Assembly: GCF_963921235.1 (NCBI RefSeq) | Contig: NC_086108.1 | Coordinates: 101,000,001-101,064,000, forward strand | Length of the DNA: 64,000 bases | DNA from: Mobula hypostoma | Taxonomy: Eukaryota | Reading direction: 5' to 3' | Shown here: positions 1-10,773 of the stretch, piece after piece | Numbering within the stretch: the first letter of the stretch is position 1 | How the letters are laid out: the number at the start of each line of letters is the position of its first letter | Made by a program: the position numbers and the translations under genes | The notes under the pieces: model-generated | The model's input: only the letters and a program-made list of their open reading frames with translations | Databases searched by the model: none | Told to the model about the DNA's origin: nothing

Positions 1-200
1 AGAATATGGACTGACGTATCGAATTGGAAGTAAACTTAGAATGGGTGGCCACTGGGAAATCCCACCTTTTGTTATGGGTGGAGTGACGGTGTTTGATGAA
101 GTGGTCCCCCATTCTAAACTGGGTCTCTCTAATGTAGAGAAGGCTGCACCAGGAACACCGGATACAGTAGATAACCTTGACAGGCTTGCAGCATTCACAG
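1..200 (-). mobile_element. Degenerate Penelope-like GIY-YIG endonuclease remnant
   Basis: Minus strand translates to VIYCIRCSWCSLLYIRETQFRMGDHFIKH, matching the GIY-YIG region of the Penelope copy near 42140-42230. Boundaries approximate. Confidence 0.55.
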
Positions 201-689
201 GATTGCCCTGTGAGGTGGCATGGACTCCATGTTCCAAGAAGAGCCTCCTTCTATGTCACAATGAAATTTGGTGGTATATTTTCTCTTAATGCACATTGCG
301 TCTTGCTGAATGAGCAGTGGACTTTTAGAGCAGGAAAGGCTGTTCAAAGTGGGATGTTGAAAAGGTAGGGTGGGGCAGAAGGTGGAAGCATGGAAGTTGT
401 GTCAAGGAATGGGTTAACATAATGTCCAAGCAAGGATAGATTGCAGATAGAGTGCAGACAGTACAGGCAAGAAAAGTTTTTGAAGAGCATAGCTTGCATT
501 AACATAACTGATTCCCGGAGCCATTTTGTTTACTTGAGACCAGGTACGAATGTAGTGGAAGAATGCGAAACATGGACACCAACTAAGGGACAACTACTTT
601 ACCAATGTCAAAGTATCGTCAGCTTGTAGTTTTTATTGAGTTTTAACGCCTGCATTGCGAATCGTGATTGATCTTGCAAGGAGGAATTC

Positions 690-945
690 CTCAGTAGCTT
701 GGTAGTTAGCGTAGTGCTATTACTGCTTGTGATGTTGGAGTTGGAGTTCAGAGTTCAATTCCGGCTTCGCCCGTAGGAAGTCTCTGTGGAATGAGTGAGT
801 TTTTCCTGGGTTTCCTCCCACAGTCCAAAAACATAGCAGGTAGTTTAATTGGATGCTGTACATGGGGTTTGTTGGGGGCTGCTGAGGGCGGTGTGGCTCG
901 AAGGGCTGGAGAGGCCTACTCCGTGCTGTATTACTAAGTAAATAC
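690..945 (+). mobile_element. tRNA-derived SINE (V-SINE-like), degenerate
   Basis: tRNA-like head (tggtagttagcgt...gagttcaattcc) followed by the V-domain-like core gggtttcctcccacagtccaaa. Boundaries approximate. Confidence 0.5.
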
Positions 946-1224
946 ACAGTTCATTAAATTGTCAATATCCGCAACCGCTGGCCAACTCTGTATAAAAAAT
1001 GGTATTTCTCTGTTCAGAATTCAGAACAGTGCGGTGACAGGAGCCATGGCATTCTTTTTGTGCACAAGTAAATAAAGTACATTTGAGAATAAGTGAGAGT
1101 TTTTGGAGTCCAGTTAATCGGCGACGACTGAAGTCGCTCGGTAAACCTATCCACTCGTTTTTTTTTTAGGGAGCAATTGAATCCAATAAAGGAAAAGTGC
1201 ATCAGCACTTAAATATGATACAGG

Positions 1225-1490
1225 CAGCGGGAAGGAGGCAGCAGGGTAGCATGGCGGCTATCGCAGTGCTTTACTGCGCCCACGTACAAATCCCACTGCT
1301 GTCCATAATGCTTGTACGTTCTCCACCTGACTGTGCGTGTTTGCTCCGGTTTCCACCCACATTCCAAAGATTTCCTTAAGTTAGTGAATTGTGGCCATTC
1401 TATGCTAGCACCAGACACTTGCAGGCTGCCCAACACAATCCTCGCTGATTTGATTTGATGCAAATGCATATTTCTCTGTACGTGTTGATG
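1225..1490 (+). mobile_element. SINE remnant (V-SINE-like)
   Basis: Core gctccggtttccacccacattccaaaga resembles the 690-945 core; a related piece lies near 21800-21890. Boundaries approximate. Confidence 0.4.
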
Positions 1491-1494
1491 AACA

Positions 1495-2430
1495 CTCGGT
1501 GGCTTCTTTATTAAGTACACCTGCTCGTTAATGCAAATATCTAGTCAGCCTGTCATATGGCAGCAACTCAATGCGTAAATGCATGCAGACATTGTCAAGA
1601 GGCTCAGTTGTTGTTCAGACCAAATATCAGAATGGAGAGAAAATGTGGTCTAAGTGTTTTTTTTACCGTGGAATGATTGTTGGTGCTAGACAGGGTGGTT
1701 TGAGTACAAAGTTCAAAGTAAATTTATTATCAAAGTACATATATGTCACCATATACAACCTTGAGATCTTTTTCTTGTGGGTATACTCAGTAAATCCAAG
1801 AACCATAATTGAACCAATGAAAGACAAACGACAAATGTGCAAAAGACTACTAACTGTGCAAATACAAAAGAGTAAAAAATTATAATAATAAATAAATATG
1901 CAATAAGTATCGAGAACATGAGATGAAGAGTCCTGGAAAGTGAGTCCATAGGTTGTGGGAACAGTTCAGTGATGGGACGAGTGAAGGTGAATGAAGTTAT
2001 CCCCACTGGTTCAAGAGCCTGATGGTTGAGGGGTAATAACTGTTCCTGAACCTGATGTTGTGAGTCCTGAGGGTCCTCTATCTTCTTCCTGATGGCCTCA
2101 GTGAAAAGAATGTGGACTGCTGATCTGGGATTTTCATGCATACTTGTCTCTAGAGTTGATGTGAACAAGTAAGAAACATCCAGAGAGTGACAGATCTGAG
2201 GGCAAAAATGCTTTGCTAATGAGAGAGTTCAGAGGAGGATGACCAGATTGGTTCAAGCTGACAGTAGCTCAACCGTACATTACAACAGTGGAGTGCAGAG
2301 GAGCATCTCTGAACACATAATGTGTCGAACCTTGAAGAGGATGGGCTACAGCAGCAGAAGATCACAAACGTACACTCAGTGGCCACTTTATCAGGCACAG
2401 CAGGTATTTAATAAAGTGGCCACTGAGTAC
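1495..2430 (+). mobile_element. Non-autonomous Tc1/mariner-derived element, interrupted by a Rex1 3' fragment at ~1705-2110
   Basis: Terminal motifs tacactcagtggccacttta / taataaagtggccactgagta; remnant Tc1-type text (GMIVGARQGG; RTLKRMGYSSRR). Related copies at 44940-45084, 58290-58540 and 60580-61050. Confidence 0.6.
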
Positions 2431-3489
2431 ATGTGACAAATAAAATTAATCTTCAAATTTACTCGTGTGCTTGAAATCGGTAGAGTTTCCTAGATCAATA
2501 GATAGGTCATTGATTGGCTCCATGTTCTCCATTGTCCTCATTCTAATTCCTGCTTAATGCTTCAACATCCATTCTTCAAAGTATGGGACATTTAGAAAAC
2601 GGTTTGTCCTATTGGGACATAAAGCATTCTATTTGCACTTATCCACCCTAGGATGAATTTATGCTGGAAGAGTGAAAGTTTGTTTTCCTAATGCCTTGAA
2701 ATGTGTCTAGCGTACAGGGAGCACCCTAGAGTTAACACTTGGCACAGGATATGCATTCCACATGCCCTTCACAGCTGCTATTAATAACATTAATTCAATG
2801 TTGGCAAAAATGTTTGTCCCAGTTCCAACATGTAGCACAATGGGGTTAACTACAATACAGAAAATGGAAATGGAATATTTCTTGAGTCGGCATGGTGCAA
2901 TTCTTTACCTCCTCCATATCTCCTCAAAAAACTATGCATTCAAAGGAGAGCAACACCAGCTTCTCCATTCTATCTACATAATGTTCCTCAGATTATCACA
3001 ATGCCTTAAAAGACTGTACATTGATCTGGATGGGATAAAAACCCCAAAGTAGAGAGCTCTGGTTCAGCATCTGGCTCGCTGGTAATGTTTCCATTCTCCC
3101 TTGAAACTCACTGGCACCCAGTTCCTATTCTCCCTTCAACTTATTCGAACCTCAGTACTTGCATGCCCTCAGAATTCCTGGATCCTTTTGCCTGTGCTCT
3201 CTTTATACTCACTGGAGCCCCGTTACCAATGTTCCTGTTCACTGCAGCAAGTGCCAGTTCCTTTAATAATTCAAAGTTCAAAGTAAATTTATTCTCAAAG
3301 TATGCATATATCACCAAATACTACTGAGATTTATTTTCTTGCAGGCATTCAGAGTAGAGCAAATAAATGCAATAGAATCAACGGAAAACTACACAAAGTC
3401 CGACAAACGGCCAATGAGCAAAAAGAAGACCGTTTGCAAGTACAAAAAGAAACATAATAATAATAAAATTATAATAATGATTATAATAG

Positions 3490-4815
3490 ATGAATATGAA
3501 ACATATGTGTGATATCAACAGGGAAAGAAAATAGATCATGGTGCGATAAAGGAAAAACTTTTGACAGAACTTACTTCAAGGCTTAAGAACATCTGCCAAA
3601 CAGAGCTCAACAGTAAAAATATAAGAAAGCCAATAAACACTTTCACTATACCCATATTAATGTATTCTTCAGGTATAATATCTTGGTCTGAAATGGATCT
3701 GGAAAATTTACAAAGAAAAATAAGAACTGAGATGATAAATTTCAGAAAACATTGTGTACACTTGATGCATTTAGATTAACACTACCTAGGACAGAAGGAG
3801 GAAGAGGGATAAGAGACATAAATATTTACACAATGGTCAGATAAAACTTCTATGACACTTAGACCAATGAAAACAGGTCAGCACCCCACGCAAGCATATG
3901 CAATTCTGATAGGAAGTATACACCACTATACTTAAGTGATAGCACAATCCAGAAAAATGAAGACCCTAATGAATAAAAACTTAACCAATGGAAGAGCCTG
4001 ACCCTCCATGAGCACACTAGATGTCAACAAGGAAGCAATGAACATCTAACCCGGAGTTGGGGACCTCTTCCCAGAAACAGAAGGGTTCCTTGTGGCAATG
4101 GAGGACCAGGTGATTTAACAGAAAAACTTAACAAAAATAGAAAATAAAAGATGACCAACAAATTGCAGATGATAAATGTAGAAAATGCCAAGAAAACACA
4201 GAAACAATCCAACACATTACAGGGACCTGTAGCAGTTTAACACAATCTGATCACAAGCATAATCAAGTAGCAAACATCATTCATCAAAATCTTGCTTTAA
4301 AATACAAACTCATAAAAGAAATCATATATTACTATAAATACAAGCCTGATCCAATCTTAGAGTCTGAATACCACAAATCATATTGTGACTGATTAGTTAT
4401 TACAGATTGGACAATCTATAATAACCATCCTGATATAATAACATAGGATATACAAGCAAGAACAAGTTATTTAATAGATAGAACCATTCCAAACATACAT
4501 AGCTTACAGAAAGCAATAAGTGAAAAACACCAGAAATATGCTGAATTAAGAGAGGAAGTTGAAAGACTTTGGAACATGAACAGGGTGTACGTTGTTCCAA
4601 TAGTAATATCTATAACTGGTATGATCCCAAATCTCTACGCAATAACATTACACAACTGGGGCTTCACAGCAATGTCCGTGTAAATGTTCAGAACGCCACA
4701 ACACTAAACACCACTAGAATAGTCTGAAAGTTCCTAGTGATTGAGAAATGAGTGTAATTGGCTATGCCTGAACCTCAGGTTTACCCAGGCTGAGCTGAGA
4801 AAAAATAAAAACAAT
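3490..4815 (+). mobile_element. R4/Dong-clade non-LTR retrotransposon, 5'-truncated and decayed
   Basis: Broken frames give TELNSKN..PINTFTIPILMYSSGIISW, RLTLPRTEGGRG, a CRKC...ETIQHITGTC knuckle, HNQVANIIHQNL and NHPDI (restriction-like endonuclease). Flanked by TAA-rich runs. Confidence 0.75.
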
Positions 4816-5194
4816 AGTAATAAGTGAAGTGAATAAATAATACTGAGAGCATGAGTTGCAGAGTCTTTGAAAGTGAGCCCGTAGGTTATGTTCATGATCA
4901 GTTCAGTGTCGTGGGCAGTGAAGCTGTCCACACTGGTTCGGGAGCCTGATGGTTGAAGGGTAATAACTGTTCCTGAACCTGGTGGTGTGGGACCAAAGAC
5001 TCCTGTACCTCCTGCCTGATGGTAGTAGCAAGAAGAGGGCATGGGACCTTTGATAATGGATTCTGTGTTTTTTTTGAGGTTGCATTCCAAATAAACGTAT
5101 TCAATGATGGGGAGGGCTTTGCCTGTGATGAACTGGGCCGTATCCACCACTTCCTTTTACCTTTTCCATTCCTGGGCATTGGTGTTCCCATAAC

Positions 5195-5722
5195 ACGAGG
5201 AATGTCTATCCACGGCCTCCTCTACTGTAAAGATGAAGCCACACTCAGGTTGGAGGAACAACACCTTATATTCCTTCTGGGTAGCCTCCAACCTGATGGC
5301 ATGAACATTGACTTCTCTAACTTCCGCTAATGCCCCACCTCCCCCTTGTACCCCATCCATTATTTATTTATATACACACATTCTTTCTCTCTCTCTCTCC
5401 TTTTTCTCCCTCTATCCCTCTCACTATAGCCCTTGCCCATCCTCTGGGTTTTTCCCCCCTCCCCGCTTTCCTTCTCCCTGGGCATCCTGTCCCATGATCC
5501 TCTCGTATCCCTTTTGCCAATCACCTGTCCAGCTCTTGGCTCCATCCTTCCCCCTCCTGTCTTCTCCTATCATTTTGGATCTCCCCCTCCCCCTCGTACT
5601 TTCAAATCTCTTACTAGCTCTTCCTTCAGTTAGTCGTGACGAAGGGTCTCGGCCTGAAACATCGACTGTACCTCTTCCTAGGGATGCTGCCTGGCCTGCT
5701 GCGTTCACCAGCAACTTTGATG
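5195..5722 (+). mobile_element. Penelope-like element 3' fragment with a mutated hammerhead
   Basis: Near-identical to 42308-42820 (MSIHGLLYCKDEATLRLEEQHLIF.LGSLQPDGMNIDFSNFR* plus 3' region). Flanks attggtgttcccat / attggtgtttccat look like a TSD. Confidence 0.85.
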
Positions 5723-6004
5723 ATTGGTGTTTCCATGTTAGGCTGTGATGCAACCAGTCAGGATACTCTCTATGGTGCATCTAAAGAAGTTTGCTGGACA
5801 TTTTGGTGGCATGCCAAATATATATAAACTTCTAAAAAAGTGGAGGTACTGTTGTGCCTTCTTTGTGAAGGCACTTACATGCTTCTCCCGGGACAGATTA
5901 TCTGATAACAGAAATTTCCGATGTAGCATCACAGAAGCAAGAGAGAATTTCACAATTTTCCATTCTTAATGAAAGCCACCTCATGTTAATCTTTTAGAAA
6001 ATGT

Positions 6005-6746
6005 TCCTCAAGGACTTGACTGGCAGCACTCACATCTATTGTAATGAAGTGCTTTGAGGGGTTGGTCGTGGCTACAATTATTTCCTGCCTGAGCAAGAGC
6101 GGCTGAAATTCACCTACTGCTGTAACAGGTCTACAGTAGATGCAATCTCGCTGGCTCTCCGCTCTTTAGAGAACCTAGCCAGCATCAAAACATACATCAG
6201 GCCGTTATTTATTGATTACAGTTTGATGTTCAATACTGTCAGTAGTAATCACCAAACTTCTAAACCTGGTCATCTGTATCTTCCTCTGTAATTGGAACTT
6301 TGATTTGCTCACTGGGAGACCATAGCCAATACCGAACGGTGATAATATCTCCTCCTCGCTGACAAGGATGCATACTTAGCCCACTGCTTTAAGCTGACCG
6401 CAGTCATAACTGTGTGGCTGTGCACAGCTCCAGCACCATCTAGAAATTCCCTGATGGGACCATTTTCGTTGGTAAGATGACAGATGAAAACAAGGAGGTG
6501 TACAGGAATAACACAGATCAGCTGACTGAGGGGTTCTACAACAACAGCCTCACACTCAACATCAACAAGAGCAAGGAATTGATTGTGGATTTCAGGAAGG
6601 GTAAGTGGAGAGAACGGACACCAGTCCTCATTGAGTGTTCAGTAGAGGAAAGAGTGAGCAACTTTAAGCTCCTGGGTGTCAAGCTTTCAGAGGATCTGTC
6701 ATAGTTGTAACACGTTGACACAATCACTAAGAAGGCATGCGGCAGC
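6005..6746 (+). mobile_element. Rex1/Babar-type LINE RT region; resumes at 19608-19860 after the hAT
   Basis: Decayed RT text (MKCFE, NNSLTLNINKSKELIVDFRK, FKLLGVKLSEDLS). aagaaggcatgc joins colinearly to ...atgtcactaaagactcttgcaaatttcta beyond the hAT. Confidence 0.75.
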
Positions 6747-7209
6747 CAGGGCCGGACTTTAGGCAGGGCTAGACTGGGCTGCAGCCCAGGGGCCAGAGCT
6801 GCAGAGGGGCCCAAAATAGTTAGCTATCATCATGGTGGACAAAAAAAAATCCAAGAGTGGAGCACAGAAAAGAAAAAAGAAACAAGAAAAAGAGGACAGT
6901 GAGAAAGAAGCATTAAAAAAGACATTGAAATTTACAGAACTTTTTAAACCTGTTCTCGATGATGCAGCAGTATCACCGCTCTTGTCACAGTCTGAGACCG
7001 GTGGACAAATGGAGACTTGCTCAACGGCTAGCGCTAGCACCAGCGTTAGCACAGGACCACCGTCCTTTAACTGTCAGTCCATCTTCGAAACTGGCTTTAG
7101 TGACTGGAAACATGCCGCTGAGCGCATAGGAGAGCATGAGAATAGCGAATACCACAGGAAAATGATACTGACCGATGTTACACTAGCATCTGACAGCGGA
7201 AGAATAGAT

Positions 7210-8053
7210 TGTGACAAGAATACACATAGATAAGATGTTAGCTGTCCTGTGTGATCAGCAGTTGGTCTGCCACCTGTCTTCAAGAGAGAGATAAGGAACA
7301 CAATGAAACAGCATCTGGAGATGTGTAATGAAGGGACGGAGGAGAGAGAGCTGTCTGGAGCGGCTCCCCCTTTGAACCCTGAACTGTTTGAAGTGATGGA
7401 CAGGCGATACCCCAGCAGGGGGATAAAAAGGGACAGGTTCGCTAAGGCAGGACACACGACACCCGAGGTAACGAGACCCTGGAAGCGGTGTGCCTCTCAC
7501 GAGTCGGTGGGAAGTATCGGACCTTAAACGCACAGGGTGGAAAGGTACGATCAGCGGGAACCCGGTGTGTGTCCACCCTCGCTTGGGTGCCGGGTTCACT
7601 GCAGAGGATCGACCGCATCTGGAGGAGGGGTCACAGTCGGTGACCTCAGGTGACATCACCAAGGACCCACCCGGAAAGCTGCTTGTGAGCCATATCGCCG
7701 GTCTGTGAGTGGAAGCCGTGTCTGAATGATCAGTCGTTCCCGTTCTCTCTCTCCCTCCCCCCACGTTGTCCATCGCCAGGGCAACGATTACTGCAAACTG
7801 AACTAAACCGAACTGGACTTTTGTGCCACTTTGAAATTGGTCATTTACCCCTAGACAACAATAGAGCTTGATTGATGCTGTTATCTTAATTCTGTGCACG
7901 TGTGTTATCATTGCTGAACTGTTGCATTTATTATCCTTTCGACTACTGTGTTGCTTGTTTCTTTAATAAAACTTTCTTAGTTCTAGTAATCCAGACTCCA
8001 ACTGAATGATCCACTTCTGCTGGTTTGGCAACCCAGTTACGGGGTACGTAACA
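7210..8053 (+). repeat. 5' LTR
   Basis: tgtgacaag...gtacgtaaca; direct repeat of 13599-14445 with about 20-25 differences counted by eye; AATAAA near 7965. Confidence 0.95.
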
Positions 8054-8057
8054 TAAG

Positions 8058-8076
8058 TGGGGTTCTCGTCCGCGAT
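8058..8076 (+). promoter_or_regulatory. Primer-binding site, tRNA-Pro-like
   Basis: tggggttctcgtccgcgat 4 nt after the LTR; close to the canonical tRNA-Pro PBS TGGGGGCTCGTCCGGGAT. Confidence 0.8.
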
Positions 8077-8152
8077 TTTGAACGCTAAATTTGGGACGGA
8101 GTAAATTGATTGGGTTAAAATTTCCAAAAGAAAGAAAAGACAAACAGCAGAA

Positions 8153-10516
8153 ATGGAGGCTGAGGAATTTATAAAGGCGCCGACCTTGGAGGCATTAGAG
8201 GATGCCAGGAAATCGGAATTGGTAGCTGTGGCCAAACGGTTGAATCTTGCTAAGGTGAAGTCAACAATGAGGAGAGAGGAGATACACAGAGCTATCGTAG
8301 AGCACTATGTATCTAAAGGTGTGTTTCCCCAAGGGGAGCTGGGGGTGGTGTCTATTGAAAAACCTGCTGGAGACGCGGTACAGGTGCAGCTTGAAAAACT
8401 GAGACTCGAGCACGAGTTCCGGGTACGACAGTTGGAGCGAGAAGAGAAGGAGAGAGAGGTAGAAAGACAAGAGAGAGAGAGACAGTTGGAGAGAGAAGAG
8501 AGAGAGAGACAGTTGGAGAGAGAAGAGAAAGAGAGAGAAAGACAGTTGGAGAGAGAAGAGAAAGAGAGAGAGAGACAGTTGGAGAGAGAAGAGAAAGAGA
8601 GAGAGAGACAGTTGGAGAGAGAGGAGAAAGAGAGGCAATGGGAGCGAGAAGAGAGAGGGAAACAGAGGGAAAGGGAATTTGAGCTGGAGAAGTTAAAGAT
8701 AAGGGCCGAGCAGGGGCTCGTGCCGAACCAAGGTGGAGGGTTCCGGGCGACCCAGGAGGTTAGGATGGTTCCCCCATTTGACGATACCGACGTGGATCGG
8801 TACTTTCTCCACTTCGAAAAAGTGGCTATAAGTCAGGACTGGCCGAGGGATAAGTGGGCTGTGTTACTTCAGAGTGTACTGAAAGGGAAAGCCCAAGAAG
8901 CTTACTCCGCTTTGTCCGCGGAAGATGCCCAGAGGTATGAGGTGGAGAAAGAGGCCACCCTCAGGATTTATGAGTTGGTCCCGGAGGCATACCGGCAGAG
9001 ATTCCGGAATGCGAGGAAGCAGTGGGACCGCACGTATTTGGAGTTTGCCCGTGAGATGCAGACATATTGTGAGCGTTGGTGCGCCTCGAAGGGGGTAGAG
9101 GGGGATTATGACAGACTGCTGCAGCTGATCCTGATTGAGCAGTTTAAAGGTTGTGTCCCTGAGGGTATGAGACCCTACCTCGATGAGAAAGAGGCAGCCA
9201 CGTTAGCCGCAACTGCTAAGTTAGCGGCTGAGTATGCGTTGACGCATAAAATGAAGTTTGCCCCGAGTAAGGGCAACCAGAAGTGTAGTCAGGACGGCGG
9301 GGAGAGTCCGCCGGAAAAGTCAGAAAGTAAGCCGGGGATTAGTGAGAAGGATAAGGTAGACCGGGAGCAGCCTGGTAGGAAGTCTCCTGAGGTCGTCTGT
9401 TATAATTGTGGGAAAGCCAGACACTTTGCGTCCAGGTGCTTTGCCCCAAAGAAGGAGACGGGAAAAGGAAAAACGGCAATTTTGAATGGCTGTATTGAGC
9501 TGTTAAGCGAACCGCTAGGGAAGGACAGGTCTGAAAAAGTTCAGGAAGGGCGCGAGAGGTTTATCTCGGCCGGATTGGTGTCAGTGAAGGAGGGGTTAAA
9601 ACCAGTTCCAGTGCGGATCTGGAGAGACACGGGAGCGTGTCAGTCACTAATACTGAAGAGTGTATTAGAGTTCAGCTCAGAGACCCAGACTGGGGAGGTA
9701 GAGGTCAAAGGTGTTGGGGAAGGGACAGAGTCAGTCCCTTTGCACCAGATACACTTACAAAGCAACCTGGTCTCTGGACTAGTCATGATCGGGGTGAGGT
9801 CCGAATTACCGATGGAAGGCGTGGAAGTCTTAGTCGGTAATGACATCGCCGGGGGAATCGTGTTCCCAGTCGTGAGATTCACAGATCAGCCTGCCAGCAG
9901 TGAGGCCCCGCCCATGGACTCACAGGTTCATCATGGGGCTGCGGTGGTAAATTTAGCTGATACGTTTCTGCCAACCTTGTACGAGAAGAGGGTAGAAAAT
10001 GAAAAGAAGGAGTGTAGTGAGATAAGAGGTAGTGAGGGAGCTGGGACAGACGTAGCAGTAGCCAGGAAAGAATTTGTGCAGATGCAGGAGCGAGACGAGG
10101 GGCTGATGGTTTTGGCAGAGACAGCTCTCTCTGACACAGCTTTAACAAGGGAACTAGTAGGCTATTGTGTGGAGGATGAAGTGCTAAGGAAAAAAGGGAA
10201 ATCAAGTACAGTACCCGTAGATGAGGAGTGGGGGGTGGTGCAAAAGAGTTATGGGGATGAGGTTTTTAACATGGCCCACGAGGTACCCCCCGGTGGACAT
10301 TTTGCGGTGCTGGAGGAAGCAGTTGGTGGAATCATGAAAGAGGTTTACCGGCTGCCCAGGGGGAAGGATGTTATTGATCATGACCGACGTGAACTGAGAC
10401 GGTCACAGGCTTTTGATATGCTAACAAACCTAGTCGGGGTTAGCGTGGAAATCAATGAAGCTAGGGGCCCCCTGATAAGAGAAAAAACCATTTTGAAAAG
10501 ATTAGAATGGGATTGA
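8153..10516 (+). CDS. gag: Gag-protease polyprotein: coiled coil, SCAN-like capsid region, CCHC knuckle, aspartic protease, integrase N-terminal remnant
   Basis: 787-aa open ORF with RQLEREEKERE repeats, VPPFDDTDVDRYFLHFEK..WPRDKW, YELVPEAYRQRFR, LILIEQFK, CYNCGKARHFASRC, RDTGACQS, then AHEVPPGGHF. Confidence 0.9.
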   Translation: MEAEEFIKAPTLEALEDARKSELVAVAKRLNLAKVKSTMRREEIHRAIVEHYVSKGVFPQGELGVVSIEKPAGDAVQVQLEKLRLEHEFRVRQLEREEKEREVERQERERQLEREERERQLEREEKERERQLEREEKERERQLEREEKERERQLEREEKERQWEREERGKQREREFELEKLKIRAEQGLVPNQGGGFRATQEVRMVPPFDDTDVDRYFLHFEKVAISQDWPRDKWAVLLQSVLKGKAQEAYSALSAEDAQRYEVEKEATLRIYELVPEAYRQRFRNARKQWDRTYLEFAREMQTYCERWCASKGVEGDYDRLLQLILIEQFKGCVPEGMRPYLDEKEAATLAATAKLAAEYALTHKMKFAPSKGNQKCSQDGGESPPEKSESKPGISEKDKVDREQPGRKSPEVVCYNCGKARHFASRCFAPKKETGKGKTAILNGCIELLSEPLGKDRSEKVQEGRERFISAGLVSVKEGLKPVPVRIWRDTGACQSLILKSVLEFSSETQTGEVEVKGVGEGTESVPLHQIHLQSNLVSGLVMIGVRSELPMEGVEVLVGNDIAGGIVFPVVRFTDQPASSEAPPMDSQVHHGAAVVNLADTFLPTLYEKRVENEKKECSEIRGSEGAGTDVAVARKEFVQMQERDEGLMVLAETALSDTALTRELVGYCVEDEVLRKKGKSSTVPVDEEWGVVQKSYGDEVFNMAHEVPPGGHFAVLEEAVGGIMKEVYRLPRGKDVIDHDRRELRRSQAFDMLTNLVGVSVEINEARGPLIREKTILKRLEWD

Positions 10517-10773
10517 TCAGATGGGAGGAGGCTATTGTTTTGGCCAGGTCTACTGATAAGGTCTCTCCCTTAATCCCCGAACAAAGCGAATCTTTAGCAG
10601 AAGTAATTAAACGACTCGCACCCATGTGCTTGATTGTCCCGAGGTGATGCAAAGAACTGGGACGTTGGGTGATGTCTGTTACAATAGGCCAGCCTAGTAA
10701 ACAACACCCATATACAATGAGTAATTCAGTGACTAAATGGCTGATGAACACAGAGGTGTGTATTGGCAATTTA

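Larger units (their letters stand above)
3270..5890 (-). mobile_element. Rex1/Babar-type LINE 3' part, split by the Dong/R4 insertion (~3490-4815) and a Penelope insertion (~5195-5722)
   Basis: aagttcaaagt tail at ~3270; minus-strand LPSGRRYRSL...TTRFRNSYYPSTIRL and TIESILTGCIT, typical of the Rex1 ORF C-terminus. Boundaries approximate. Confidence 0.65.

Noticed and set aside
2900..3010. Possible minus-strand exon with ag/gt ends
   Set aside because: Stops in all three frames; resembles decayed CR1.
7255..7911. 218-aa minus-strand ORF in the 5' LTR
   Set aside because: Frameshifted in the 3' LTR copy and has no recognisable motif.
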